DNA of 64,000 bases from Octopus vulgaris (lineage: Eukaryota). The translations under genes and the position numbers were made by a program. The stretch lies in contig OX597817.1 of NCBI GenBank assembly GCA_951406725.2, forward strand, positions 30,566,001 through 30,630,000. The letters are read 5' to 3'. Positions 24,936-37,566 of this stretch are shown piece after piece (the first letter of the stretch is position 1; every line of letters begins with the position of its first letter). The notes beneath the pieces are model-generated. The model searched no databases and had not been told where the DNA came from. It saw only the letters and a program-made list of their open reading frames with translations.

Positions 24936-25698
24936 TCAGCCGCAGAGAGGGGAAGATCGGGGGGAATGGTAACAACAGACGGAAGTGGAGAAGGGGTGGG
25001 TGGAATAGAAGTAGGTGGGGTGGTAGGTCTCGTGGAGGTCTGAGGGGGGGGATTGGGGAGGTGTGTGGGGGGGGGGGTTGGGCGGGGCAGTAGGGTTAGG
25101 TGTAGGTGGATGGAGCCTATCGGGAGGGGAGAAGGGGTTGTAGGGAGGGGCAGTGGGGCTAGGTGTGGGTGGATGGAGCCTATCGGGAGGGGAGAAGGGT
25201 GGTGGAAGAGTTGGGGTAGTGGCGTCGGGTAGGGTGGAATGGAAGAGTGATTGGAGTTTACGAAGTTTGGTATCAGAAAGAAATTGATGGAAGAGTTGAT
25301 TCAAATGGATAATGAAGCGTAGCGTGTTTGGAGCATAGAGAGGCGGCAGAGAGGAGAAGAAGGTGGAGAAAGCAGGAGGAAGAAGGCGGTTGATGGCATG
25401 TAGTTTGGAGAGATTGGAGCGAATGGTGGCCCGCATAAGGCGGTAAGATGTGGTGCGGAGTATGGGTAAGATGGAAGAATCCGAGTGGAGAGCAGGGTGG
25501 AAGTGGAGGCGGAAACCTTTAGGGATGAGTCGGTGATGTAGGCAGCGGCTTAGGAAAGAGACATGGCTAGAGAAGCGGGTTTTTTTAAAAAGAAGTAGAG
25601 AGATTAACGGACGGCTGAAGGCAATATACAGGAAGAGAACGGAGATGATCCTTCAAACGGTGATGGAGGGTGAGGAGGTAGGACCTAGGATCCGGCAT
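24936..25698 (-). CDS. N-terminal part of the same PLE ORF, split by two apparent +1 frameshifts
   Basis: ATG at 25698 (MPDPRSYLL...STSF*). The +1 frame then reads KKTRFSSHVSFLSRCLHHRLIPKGFRL, the typical PLE N-terminal H..FL..C....LIPKG motif, followed by a Pro-rich tandem duplication (FSPPDRLHPPTP x2). A second shift probably lies in the G-homopolymers at ~25045-25080. Confidence 0.8.
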
Positions 25699-26290
25699 GA
25701 TGGGATAGCGGAAAAAAAACGTTCGAAAAAACAAAAAACAAAAATTATCGTATGAAAAAAATAGAAAAAAAGGATAGCGAAAAAAGGGGAAAAAACAAAA
25801 AAAATAATAATCGTATGAAAAAACTAGATAAGTAAGCGATAGGGGCAGAAAAGACGGGGCAAACGGAAAAGGGAAAGAAAGAAGGGAAGCAGAGAGAGGG
25901 GGAGGCAAAAAAGGAGGGTGCAGGCAGAGGAAACGGAGTATGGACATCCAGAGAGGGAAGAAAGACGGAAAGGAGAACAAAAATGCAGGAAAATGTGGAA
26001 AGCATGAAATGAATGTAAAAAAAGTGGTAATATAAGAGAAAATAAAAATACAACAAACGGGACAGTTTATGCGAACAAGTTCAAGGTTGAAAGTTCAAGG
26101 TGAGAAATGTGTAGACGTCGTGGTATATTTTTTAAGAATTTCACATCAATGCAAAGTCACTTTGATCCGCGAAAGAGAGGTGCAGCCAATGGTAAGTATC
26201 CAAGAGGTAAAGAAAATCCAAGGTAGAGGTAAGTGTTGATAGTGGTATTGGTAGAATATAGGATGAAAGTGAGACCACGTGAGCGCATAA

Positions 26291-27233
26291 TATATAACGG
26301 GAAGCTTTATGAAAATAGACAAAAGACGAAGGCAGGTGGAAAACAAACGAACAATTGTATTAGTATGGCGCTCAGGAAATATAAATAAAACAAGTCTTTA
26401 ACGTTTCGAGCCTACGCTCTTCAACAGAAAGATACACAGAGAGAAAAAAAACACAGAAAGAAGGAGAGAAAAAAATGCGTGCAGTAGCTAACGAATCAAC
26501 ATGGCGATCTGATTTCGGCCAGAGGTCAAAGATCAAACATGAGACGCGAGAGCGAAATAAGGGGAGATAATAGGGTTGATAATAGGGTTGAAGGACCAGC
26601 TAATAGTGCGTAGGAGGGGTCTGGACGTGTGTATGTATAGGGTTGGTGTATGTATTAGTATGTATAAGGGTGTGTGTGTGTGTGTGTATGAGAGAGTATT
26701 AGTGCGTAGGATTGGTCTGGACGTGCGTATGTATGGGGTTGGTGTATGTATTAGTATGTATTAGTACGTATTAGTATGTATAAGTGTGTGTGTGTGTGTA
26801 TGAGAGAGTATAAGTGCGTATGAGGGGTCTGGACGTGTGTATGTATAGGGTTGGTGTATGTATTAGTATGTATTAGTATGTATTAGTACGTATTAGTATG
26901 TATTAGTTGGTGTATGTATTAGTATGGCACATCATATATGATGTGATGTGTAAAGTCGTGTGGTGTAGTGAGGAGAAGAGGGGGAGGGGGAGAAGAGGGG
27001 GGAGAGACGGGGAGGGGAAGAAGAGGGGGAGGAGAGGCGGGAAGAGGAGAGGAGGGGAGAAAGAAGGGGAGGAGGGGGGAGGAAAGAGGGAGAGGGGGAG
27101 TGAGGGAGCAGAGGGAAGGGGAAGAGGGAAGGAGGGAGGGAGAAAGAGGGAAGAAGGGAAGGGGAGTAGGGGTGAAAGGATGAAGGACTGAAGAAGTAGG
27201 GGTCGGGGGGGAAAGGATAGGTGAGGAGGGGGG
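26291..27233 (-). repeat. Upstream tandem pseudo-LTR of the PLE
   Basis: Direct repeat of 21917-22785, with a longer polypurine tract and one fewer TTGATAATAGGG unit. Confidence 0.92.
26395..26432 (-). ncRNA. Second, identical hammerhead-like motif in the upstream pLTR
   Basis: Same sequence as 22021-22058. Confidence 0.7.
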
Positions 27234-27365
27234 TGTATATACACATATATATATGTATGTATGCATGTATGTATGTGTATGTGAATATATATATATATAT
27301 ATATACACATACATACATATATGTATGTATACATGTATGTATGTATATATGCATGTATATTTATA

Positions 27366-27561
27366 TTCTTTTACTTGTTTCAGTCATTTTACTGCAATCA
27401 TGCTGGAGCACTGCCTTAAAGGGTCTTAGTCAAAGAAATCAACTCTAAGACTTATTCTTTGTAAGCCTAGTACTTATTCTATCAGTCTGATTTGCCAAAC
27501 TACTAAGTTACAAGAATGTAAACACACTAGCAGTGGTTATCAAGTGACAGTGGGGGGACAA

Positions 27562-27608
<47 letters not shown>

Positions 27609-27816
27609 TACATACATATACATATGTAAGAGTATATATATATATATATATAGGACAGCCTTCTTCCAGTTTCTGCCAACCAAATCCACTCACAAGTCTT
27701 TGGATGGCTTGAGGCTATAGTAGAAAATACTTGCCCAATGTGCTACGCAGTGGGACTGAACCCAGAACTAAGTGATTGGGAAGCAATCTTCTTACCACAC
27801 AGCTACACCTGCACCT
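27366..27816 (-). mobile_element. SINE A (diverged)
   Basis: Matches the family consensus. Confidence 0.8.
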
Positions 27817-27879
27817 ATAAAAAGAATATAGAATGCCTCACGAATTTTCATGTCATCCTTACGCATATATACAGATATA

Positions 27880-28511
27880 CAGTAATCCCTCGACTATCGT
27901 GGGTGTTACTTTCCAAAACCCCTCGTGATAGGTGAAAATCCACAAAGTAGAAACAATATTGTACTGTATTCTTTTTTATTCTTTTACTTGTTTCAGTCAT
28001 TTGACTGTGGCCATGCTGGAGCACCGCCTTTAGTCAAGCAAATCGACCCCGGGACTTATTCTTTGTAAGCCCAGTACTTATTCTATCGGTCTGTTTTGCC
28101 GAACCGCTAAGTGGCGGGGGCGTAAACACACCAGCATCGGTTGTCAAGCAATGCTAGGGGGACAAACACAGACACACAAACACACACACACATATATATA
28201 TATATACATATATACGACAGGCTTCTTTCAGTTTCCGTCTACCAAATCCACTCACAAGGCATTGGTCGGCCCGGGGCTATAGCAGAAGACACTTGCCCAA
28301 GATGCCATGCAGTGGGACTGAACCCGCAACCATGTGGTTGGTTAGCAAGCTACTTACCACACAGCGACTCCTGCGCCTGTTTTTTTTATTATTTCTATAA
28401 TTTGTATATATTTAATTTTATAATAAATGCAAAACAACATCATGGAGGAATCGACTTAAGCTTAAAGAATAAACCACAATATGTGAACTGCAATATGGCG
28501 AGAGATTACTG
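27880..28511. mobile_element. Tigger/pogo-like MITE interrupted by a SINE A (27978-28378, -)
   Basis: TIRs CAGTAATCCCTCG and CGAGAGATTACTG, with TA at the left end. Confidence 0.7.
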
Positions 28512-28995
28512 CATATGTATATATGTGTGTATGTATGCTTGCCAGAAAAAGATAATGAATGAAAGACAAAAAAATAATTTTGAAGTTAGAAGGGGATTGA
28601 CAGGTCTAAAGGAAATGAAATAGAATTTGAAGTGAAATGGTTTATATATTTATGTGTGTGTGTATGTGATGTATATATGCGTGTGTGTGCATGTGTGTGT
28701 GTGCATATGCGTGTGTGTGTGTGAGTGGATTGAAGTTAAATGAAAAGATTAGCTGAAGTAAGAAAAAGTAAAAAAGTAGTTGCTTGAAGAGGAATTTTGT
28801 CAGTGGAAATAGAAATAAAGTACAAAAGTGAAAAATAAAGTACAAAAGTCCACAAAATGGCTAAATGCTTGATTAACATATTAAAGCTAACCCATGCTAG
28901 CAAGGAAAGCAGACGCTAAACAATGATGATGATGATGATGATTATAAACACATAGATATTACATAAATGATCTGAACTGTTAAATTCTTACAGAT

Positions 28996-29402
28996 AGGCG
29001 TAGGAGTGGTTGTGTGGTAAGTAGCTTGCTTACCAACCACATGGTTCCGGGTTCAGTCCCACTGTGTGGCACCTTGGGCAAGTGTCTTCTACTATAGCCT
29101 CGGGCCAACCAAAGCCTTGTGAGTAGATTTGGTAGACAGAAACTGAAAGATGCCTGTCGTATATATGTATATATATGTGTGTATGTGTGTGTGTATATGT
29201 TTGTGTGTCTGTGTTTGTCCCACCAACATCGCTTGACAACCGATGCTGGTGCGTTTACATCCCTGTAACTTAGTGGTTCAGCAAAAGTGACCAATAGAAT
29301 AAGTACTAGGCTTACAAAGAATAAGTCCTGGGATTGATTTGCTTGACTAAAGGTGATGCTCCAGCATGGCCACAGTCAAATGATTGAAACAAGTAAAAGA
29401 GT
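28996..29402 (+). mobile_element. SINE A
   Basis: Full-length match to the family. Confidence 0.9.
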
Positions 29403-29644
29403 ATGCCTCAAAATATTTGCTATATAACATTTCATTACCTTTTGATTAGTTTTCTTCAATCTTCTCACTGAGCAATCGCACCTTGCTGCACCATTTTATA
29501 TATTATTTCCACACTGATTATTATTTCCATACCACTATTTTATACAACAAATCCTCAGCACTAAATTTTTTCTCATAATTGTTTATTTTTTCAGATCTTC
29601 AGGTCACTATCTTGTATAAACTCACCAATTTACACATTTACTCT

Positions 29645-30042
29645 CTTACTCTTTTACTCTTTTACTTGTTTCAGTCATTTGACTGTGGCCATGCTGGAGC
29701 ACCGCCTTTAGTCGAGCAAATCGGCCCCGGGACTTATTCTTTGTAAGCCCAGTACTTATTCTATCGGTCTCTTTTGCCGAACCGCTAAGTGACGGGGACA
29801 TAAACACACCAGCATCGGTTGTCAAGCAATGCTAGGGGGACAGACACAGACACACAAACACACACATGCACATATATATATATATACATATATACGACAG
29901 GCTTTTGTCAGTTTCCGTCTACCAAATCCACTCACAAGGCTTTGGTTGGCCCGGGGCTATAGCAAAAGACACTTGCTCAAGATTCCACGCAGTGGGACTG
30001 AACCCGGAACCATGTGGTTGGTTAGCAAGCTACTTACCACAC
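29645..30042 (-). mobile_element. SINE A
   Basis: Match to the family. Confidence 0.9.
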
Positions 30043-30736
30043 TATTCATTTTTTATATTACATTCCCTTCAGATAAATTTTTCATTTCCTTTACACCTGT
30101 TAATCTTCTTTTAAGTTTAATTTGAACTCCAACCTTATTTTAGTTTCCTTTGTCTTTCATCATATTTTTTTAATGAATTTCATATATATTCATATATTCA
30201 TATATTCATATATTTTATATAACTTCAACACTTGCATTATATTGTTTTGGATGTGTGTATCTTTATGCCAATAAATTTCTTCTTTACAAGGATCCTTTTC
30301 TTATTCACACTCATTTCTTCATTTCTCTTTCATTTCATCATCTTTTCCTTTCCCCCTTTTTGCATGACTTTTTTCATAATCAACATGTTTCTTTCTTCAA
30401 CAATATTTTCTTCATTATCTTTTTATGATTCCTTAAAATTTTAAACATTTTACTTTCATTTAATATACAACAATCATACACATGGTGCAATATCTTATTC
30501 AATATTCCATATTATTCTACATTTTCTTTTTGACATGTTATTCAGACATCTTCAGTGTATGTGTATTACTTATTTTTTCTTAAGTTCCAATGATCATAAT
30601 TATATGAAGTTGAAAAACATGGAATTCAGGCTAATTTGTGAAATTTCAGTTTCCAATAAAAGGTATCAAATATTACAATACTTTTACAAATAGATATTCT
30701 CTTTTCTCCTTTTTCACTTGTATGTGTTTTCATATA

Positions 30737-31895
30737 TTAGGTTGGTAACTAAATTCCCACCATTTTTTAAAAAATTTAATAAGAAATAATAACTAATTAA
30801 TTAATCAAGTATTCACCTTTGTTGTTTACAACTTCTTCCCAATGTTCAACAAGATTTTCAATACCTCGTTAGAAGAAATCACCCGATTTTGACTCAAAAA
30901 ATTGATCCAACTAAGATCTCAATTCTGCATCAGTATTGAACAAAGCTCTGTGCATGGCATTTGAAAGAGATTGAAAGAGGTGGAAATTTGTTGGCGCCAA
31001 ATCAGGAGAGTTACAGCGGGTGTGGCAGCACTTCTCAGCCATGCATTTGAATGGCTTCCTTGGTCAAATTAGCGATACGAAGGCGGGTGTTGTCTTGCAG
31101 CAGAAGAACTCCATGCTGCTGATTAGGTCTTTTCTCTTGAATAGCCGTGTTGAGTCATTCCATCTGTTGAACATAGAGTTCCTTACGTTGACTGTTTGGT
31201 TCCGTTCAAGCAATTTGTAATGGATAATCCCTTGCCAGTCCCGCCATACACACAACATCATTTTATACAGATGAAGATCTTGTTTCACGCATGGTGTCAC
31301 TTGTTTATCAGGGCTAAACCATTCCTTACGCTGCTTCATATTGATGTACAGACACCATTGATTTTTGTTGTTGTCACTTAAAGCATGCGGGACCCATGCT
31401 CCATACTTCTGAACCTTTTCCATCGAGTGAAGATGCTTCTCTATAGCAGTGTGGGAGCATTCCATTTCTCTGCCAGTTCCCTTGTTGTCTGACGAAAATT
31501 TTCCTGCAAAAGTTGGTTTAATCGCTCTTCATTGAACTCAACTGGACGGCCAGAATGGGGTGTGTGTTTGAGGTCAAAATTTCCATTTTTGAACTTGGTA
31601 TACCAATCACAAGTGGTTCTTTCAGCTATGGCATCCTTCCCATACACAGCACAAATGACGTGAACAGATTTGTGGCCTTAGAACCTTGATTAAAAGCAAA
31701 AAGAAGGCAGTGTTGAAAATGCTCATTTATCTTAACTTGACATCCCATTTTAATGATCTGAAAATAAACAAAAATTAACTAAAATTAACTAGAAAATGAA
31801 CAAAAGAGATTCCAAATTGATTCAAAAATACAATTCTCAAAAAAAAATAGACTCCAAAATTTACAAAATCAGCAGGAACTTAGTTGCCAACCCAA
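30737..31895 (-). mobile_element. Mariner transposon with inactivated transposase
   Basis: TIRs TTAGGTTGGTAACTAAATTCC and GGAACTTAGTTGCCAACCCAA, TA TSD on both sides. Translation MGCQVKINEHFQHCLLFAF...HSGRPVEF...WVPHAL...KMMLCVW...SPDLAPTNFHLF. The region with the first catalytic Asp is deleted, and there are frameshifts. Confidence 0.92.
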
Positions 31896-31899
31896 TACA

Positions 31900-32083
31900 T
31901 ATTTACATATATACATGAACATGCATAGATACATACATACATACATGCATACATACATGCATACATACATACATGCATACATACATACATACATACATAC
32001 ATACATACATACATACATACATGCACATGCATACATACATACATACATACATACATACATACGTACATACATACATGAACATG

Positions 32084-32115
<32 letters not shown>

Positions 32116-32273
32116 CATGCACATGCATAGATACATACATACATACATGCATACATACATGCATACATACATACATGCATACATACATACATACATACAT
32201 ATATACATGCACATGCATACATACATACATACATACATACATACATACATACGTACATACATACATGAACATG

Positions 32274-32305
<32 letters not shown>

Positions 32306-32457
32306 CATGAACATGCATAGATACATACATACATACATGCATACATACATGCATACATACATACATGCATACATACATACATACATACATACATACATAC
32401 ATACATACATGCACATGCATACATACATACATACATACATACATACATGCACATGCA

Positions 32458-32489
<32 letters not shown>

Positions 32490-32573
32490 CATGCACATGC
32501 ATACATACATACATACATACATACATACATGCACATGCATACATACATACATACATACATACATGCACATGCA

Positions 32574-32607
<34 letters not shown>

Positions 32608-32612
32608 CATGC

Positions 32613-32645
<33 letters not shown>

Positions 32646-32700
32646 CATGCACATGCATACATACATACAGACATACATACATACATACATACATATATAT
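31900..32700. repeat. (ATAC)n microsatellite with periodic ATGC/GCAC/GAAC interruptions
   Basis: Seen directly. Confidence 0.97.
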
Positions 32701-33284
32701 GATGTGTGTGTGTGTGTATCATCATCATCATCACCATCCTCTAACAGCCATTTTCTATGTTGTCACCGGGTGGATGTCTTGACCAGAGTTGGCAAGCTGG
32801 CATGAGTGCTTCTTACGTGATACTGGCATGGGGATTTCTTATATATATAAATATATATTCCGTGCCGGTGGCATGTAAAAAGCACCATCTGAACGTGGCC
32901 GATACCAGCGCCACCTTGACTGGCTTTCATGCTGGTGGCACGTAACAGGCACCAATCCGATTGTGGCCGTTGCCAGCCTCGCCTAGCACCTGTGCAGGTG
33001 GCTCGTAAAATGCACCCACTACACTCACAGAGTGGTCGGCGTTAAGAAGGGCATCCAGCCATAGAAACACTGCCAGATCAGACTGGAGCCTGGTGCAGCC
33101 TTCTGGCTTCCCAGATCCCGGTCGAACCGTCCAACCCATGCTAGCCCGGAAAACGGACATTAAACGATGATGATGATGAATTAATAATAGAAGGGTAAAA
33201 TTTATTAATTAATCAATTAATTAACTATTTTACCAAGTAGATCAGTATGTTAAAATAACCTTTATAGGTAAAATTATCCACATA

Positions 33285-33562
33285 ATTATAATTAGGGTTC
33301 AGCTAACTGCTTCACCTCATACCAAAATTAGAAATAAGAGTTAAAAATTCCTTTCCTGCTACTATAAGAATCTCCATGATGGTAAACATACATTTTTATG
33401 AGGGCAATCCTGGTCATGTTGATTCATTGTTTTTCTTTTTGCCCTCGTAAAAAAGTATGTTACCGTCATGGAGATTCTTATAGTAGCAGAAAAGGAATTT
33501 TTAACTCCGATTTCTAATTTCGGTAAGTGGTGAAGCAGTTAGCTGAACCCTAATTATAATTA
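33285..33562. repeat. Long imperfect palindrome (~120 bp arms, ~30 nt spacer)
   Basis: 33285-33407 is the reverse complement of 33439-33562 (TTAGGGTTCAGCTAACTGCTTCACC ... GGTGAAGCAGTTAGCTGAACCCTAA). Confidence 0.9.
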
Positions 33563-33598
33563 TATATGTATATATATATTGATATATATATATATTGA

Positions 33599-33981
33599 CT
33601 AGCAGTATCACCCGGCGTTGCTCAGGTTTGTAAGGGAAATAACTATAAAGCATTTTTAGAGAGTTATAGCCAAAAAATAGCAAAAAAATGGAAAAAAATG
33701 ATGGTAAATTTTTTTTGAGAGTTAAAAACGGTGGAGTTGCGTCCCCTAGACGGTCTGTGGTTTGGGTTTCTGATTCTCGACCCCATGTCGAATTTATCGA
33801 TTTTTTTCAGAACTGGGGGAAGTTTTCAAAATTTTCGCTGCGTTAGTTTTGAATTATGACATTGGGCTATGTGTGTGTCAAGTTTCATCAGAATCGGTTG
33901 AAAGCCATGGTCAGAGTGAGGGTACGAGAAAACAGACACACAGAAAACGCACAGACAAACTGCCGTTTATATAGAGAGAGA
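33599..33981 (-). mobile_element. Non-autonomous Helitron
   Basis: Minus strand reads A|TCTCTCTCTATATAAACGG... and ends with the GC hairpin CCTGAGCAACGCCGGG ~8 nt before CTAG|T. AT insertion site and no TSD. Confidence 0.75.
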
Positions 33982-33982
33982 T

Positions 33983-34014
<32 letters not shown>

Positions 34015-34344
34015 GAAAGATTGGAGCCTGGTGCAGCCTCCTGGCTTGCCAATCCCCAGTCAAATCGTCTAACCCACTGTCGCATAACCAGCCTATTTAA
34101 AAAGTACTTTTGAATCATCGGGCAATATGCCATGCTTGAGGAGACCTATTGAGTCAAGTAAAATCAAAATCTAAATCAAATCAAATCAAATCACAATCAA
34201 ATGGAAATTGTTTGACTGGAACTGGTAAGCTGGAGAGCTGCACCAAGTTCCAAAGTACAAATTTCCGTCCTATCTCACACTGAAATAACCCTCCTCCAAC
34301 CTTCATCTCTTTCACTGCAACTCTCCCTTGTTGATACACTCTCA

Positions 34345-34559
34345 TTTTACTCTTTAACTCTTTTACTAGTTTCAGTCATTTGACTGCGGCCATGCTGGAG
34401 CACCGCCTTCAGTCGAGCAAATCGACCCCAGGACTTATTCTTTGTAAGCCTAGTACTTATTCTATCAGTCTCTTTTGCTGAACTGCTAAGTTACGGGGAC
34501 GTAAACACACCACCATCAGTTGTCAAACGATGTTGGGGAGACAAACACAGACACACAAG

Positions 34560-34591
<32 letters not shown>

Positions 34592-34760
34592 CATATATAT
34601 ATGGTGGGCTTCTTTCAGTTTCCATCTACCAAATCGACTCACAAGGCTTTGGTTGACCCGAGGCTATAGTAGAAGACACTTGCCCAAGGTGCCACGCAGT
34701 GGGACTGAACCTGGAACCATGTGGTTGGTAAGCAAGCTACTTACCACACAGCCACTCCTA
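34345..34760 (-). mobile_element. SINE A
   Basis: Match to the family. Confidence 0.9.
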
Positions 34761-35698
34761 CTTATTTTCCTTGCCAGCCAGATTCATTTTCCTTGTTATT
34801 CATTCTTAATCAGTAAATATTGTTCTTTCCATATTCTTCACATTGAATATACCCCATCCACCAAGCCCCCAGACTATCAGTTCTCCCCAACTGTCATGTG
34901 TCTCTTTATCTCCTCATTCACTAAACCTTCATTTCTCTTTTCCACCTAATTCCTGAAACCTACCCAACCAAAAATATGCGGTCTCTCTTTCACACTTCTC
35001 CTGTCTATTATATCATCATTACTATTCTACAGCTCCCCACTGCTCTCTCCTACATCCCTCTGTCTCCACCAACTCATGCATCATTAGTCATCTCCACCCC
35101 TTAACCACCATTCCCTACATCCACCCTCCAGCTCTATCTAATCTTTACTGTTGTTACCTGACGCCTCTCCCCTTGGCCCAAATCCCCCAGCTCTCATCCT
35201 CACCCCATATACTCTTGCAAACCCTAACTACCCATGCCTCTGGTTCTCCTATCTCCAATCATTTCTGCTCATCATGTTATATCTTGAGGTACCTCCTAGA
35301 TAACTCAGTACCATTACTTGTCTCTTAGCAGCTCTACCTGATAATTCTGACACTTTCATTAGTTAGTAGCCATCTAGCTCCTCTACCACAAGAAATACAT
35401 TGTCTTCTTACATAACACCACTACACCATTGGGGTTCATAATCTTGTGAGTTGCATGGTAACTGCACAAGGGCTAGGGGCATGAAAAATGCACCCAGTGC
35501 AAGCTGTAAAGTAGTTGGCATCAGGAACAACAACCAGTTATATATGCATGTGTGTCCGTATGTGTGAGTATGGGCACGTGTTTAAGTGAGTGAGTATATG
35601 AGTATATATGTGCGTGTGTATATAAATATGTGTATGTGTGTTTGTGTGTGTGTGTGTGTGTGCGTGTGTGTGCGTGTGTGTGTGTGTATATATGTATG

Positions 35699-35734
<36 letters not shown>

Positions 35735-36372
35735 TATATATATATGCACATATGCACCCACACTTATCTGCATACACATATTATATACATACATATAGAT
35801 AAAAATATATTTAAGCCCAAGAGTTAGATGAATTTGTTGGTTGGACACATGTCAGGGTGCCCTTCCTGACATTAATTCTTGTATATCTTTCAAATGCAGG
35901 TTCTTTTATTCCAAGTATCTTTGAAATCTTAAAGCAAGTGAATGATTCATTGGCAGAAGAACTGCTAAGAAGAAAAATATACAAACATCATGATAATTGT
36001 ATATGAGCAAGCAAGCACACAGGTAGAAACCACTGCAGGCACACACACACACACACACGCACACATGTACTTATGACCAGCTTTAGTCGGTGTTGAGTAC
36101 AGTAGAGGGCAATTGTGCAAGATGCTACCCAGTGGAAATGAACCTAAATCTTATAGTTCACAAGTAAACTTCCCAAGTGAACAGACATGCCCCACACACA
36201 CTCACACACATACATGCATACATACATAAATATATATACTTCTATATATAGATATATACATATATACATATATGCTTATATATACATATACATACATACG
36301 TACATATGTACATATGTATCTATGTATGTATATAATATATATATATATATGAATATAAATATATATATATGT

Positions 36373-36428
<56 letters not shown>

Positions 36429-37444
36429 GTATATATATGAATATATATATGTATATATATGTATATATATATATGTATATATATATATATGTATGTGTGT
36501 ATATATGTATATATGTATATATAAGGAGAAAAAGAGAGAGACAAAGAAATCTGCAATAGTTTGTAGATGGTGATCACACATAAAAATTCACCCACCATGA
36601 ATATGCAGGGTCAGTCAGTCAACAAATCAATAACAACTTGTGCAACGTTTCAATAATTTTCTTTTCCCTCTCTTTTCACATGTTAGAAAAAAAATAATAA
36701 ACAGCATATATAAGACATATAACAAAAAAAATATAAAAAGGTAATTAGAATAACACGAATAATATAAAAAGGTAAAAATAAACTCTACACCTCTACCTTA
36801 CACGAACCTATGAAAACTTTCCAGTACACTAAAATGTGGTTGTTACATAGGTTTCTTATTTTTTTTACTGTCTAATTCGCTACATTAGTGTTTAAATCTA
36901 ATTGTAATTTGCTGTCCAGAAAAGAGATTTCTTATTGACTTAGTATGATTTTGTTGTTGTTGCTGTTGCTGTTGTTGTTGTTGCTGCTGTCTTTGGTTTT
37001 TTTTTTTTTTTTTGTGCCATTTCTCTACTCAATGCTTCACAGATTCAGTCTCTAAAACTATTTCCATACCACTATGTTAATCGGAAGTCACTGTTGAAGT
37101 TATTTTTATTAGTGACTTAATCATTTTTATTTCATACACACACACACACACATGCGCGCAAACACACACACACACACATGCGTGCACACACACACACACA
37201 AATGTGCATATATACATATGTATATACTTACACTCACACAAGCACTTGCACACATATATATATCTATATGTGTATGTGATTGTGCATGTATGTTGTATGA
37301 CTATACGCACATACACACACACACATTCACATACGTATATACATAAATATATAGACATAAAACACTCATGTGTACACATATATATGTTCCTAACTATACA
37401 CATACATATATGCATATCTATATATACATACATGCATATATATG

Positions 37445-37487
<43 letters not shown>

Positions 37488-37512
37488 ACATGTGCGTGTA
37501 TGTGTGTGTATA

Positions 37513-37566
<54 letters not shown>

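Larger units (their letters stand above)
21917..27233 (-). mobile_element. Near-intact Penelope-like retroelement (Neptune-type): upstream pLTR, 5' region, ORF, downstream pLTR
   Basis: Direct repeats 21917-22785 and 26291-27233 are nearly identical. They flank an RT + GIY-YIG coding region. Both flanks are (TA)n/(TATG)n microsatellite. GC content and strand purine skew differ sharply from the flanks. Confidence 0.95.

Noticed and set aside
28980-29294. Recurrent ORFs such as ...QASFSFRLPNPLTRLW..RGYSRRHLPKVP
   Set aside because: Antisense translations of SINE A copies, not a gene family.
36805-36853. Possible pre-miRNA hairpin (AACCTATG...CATAGGTT)
   Set aside because: Only ~14 interrupted base pairs and no recognisable mature miRNA.
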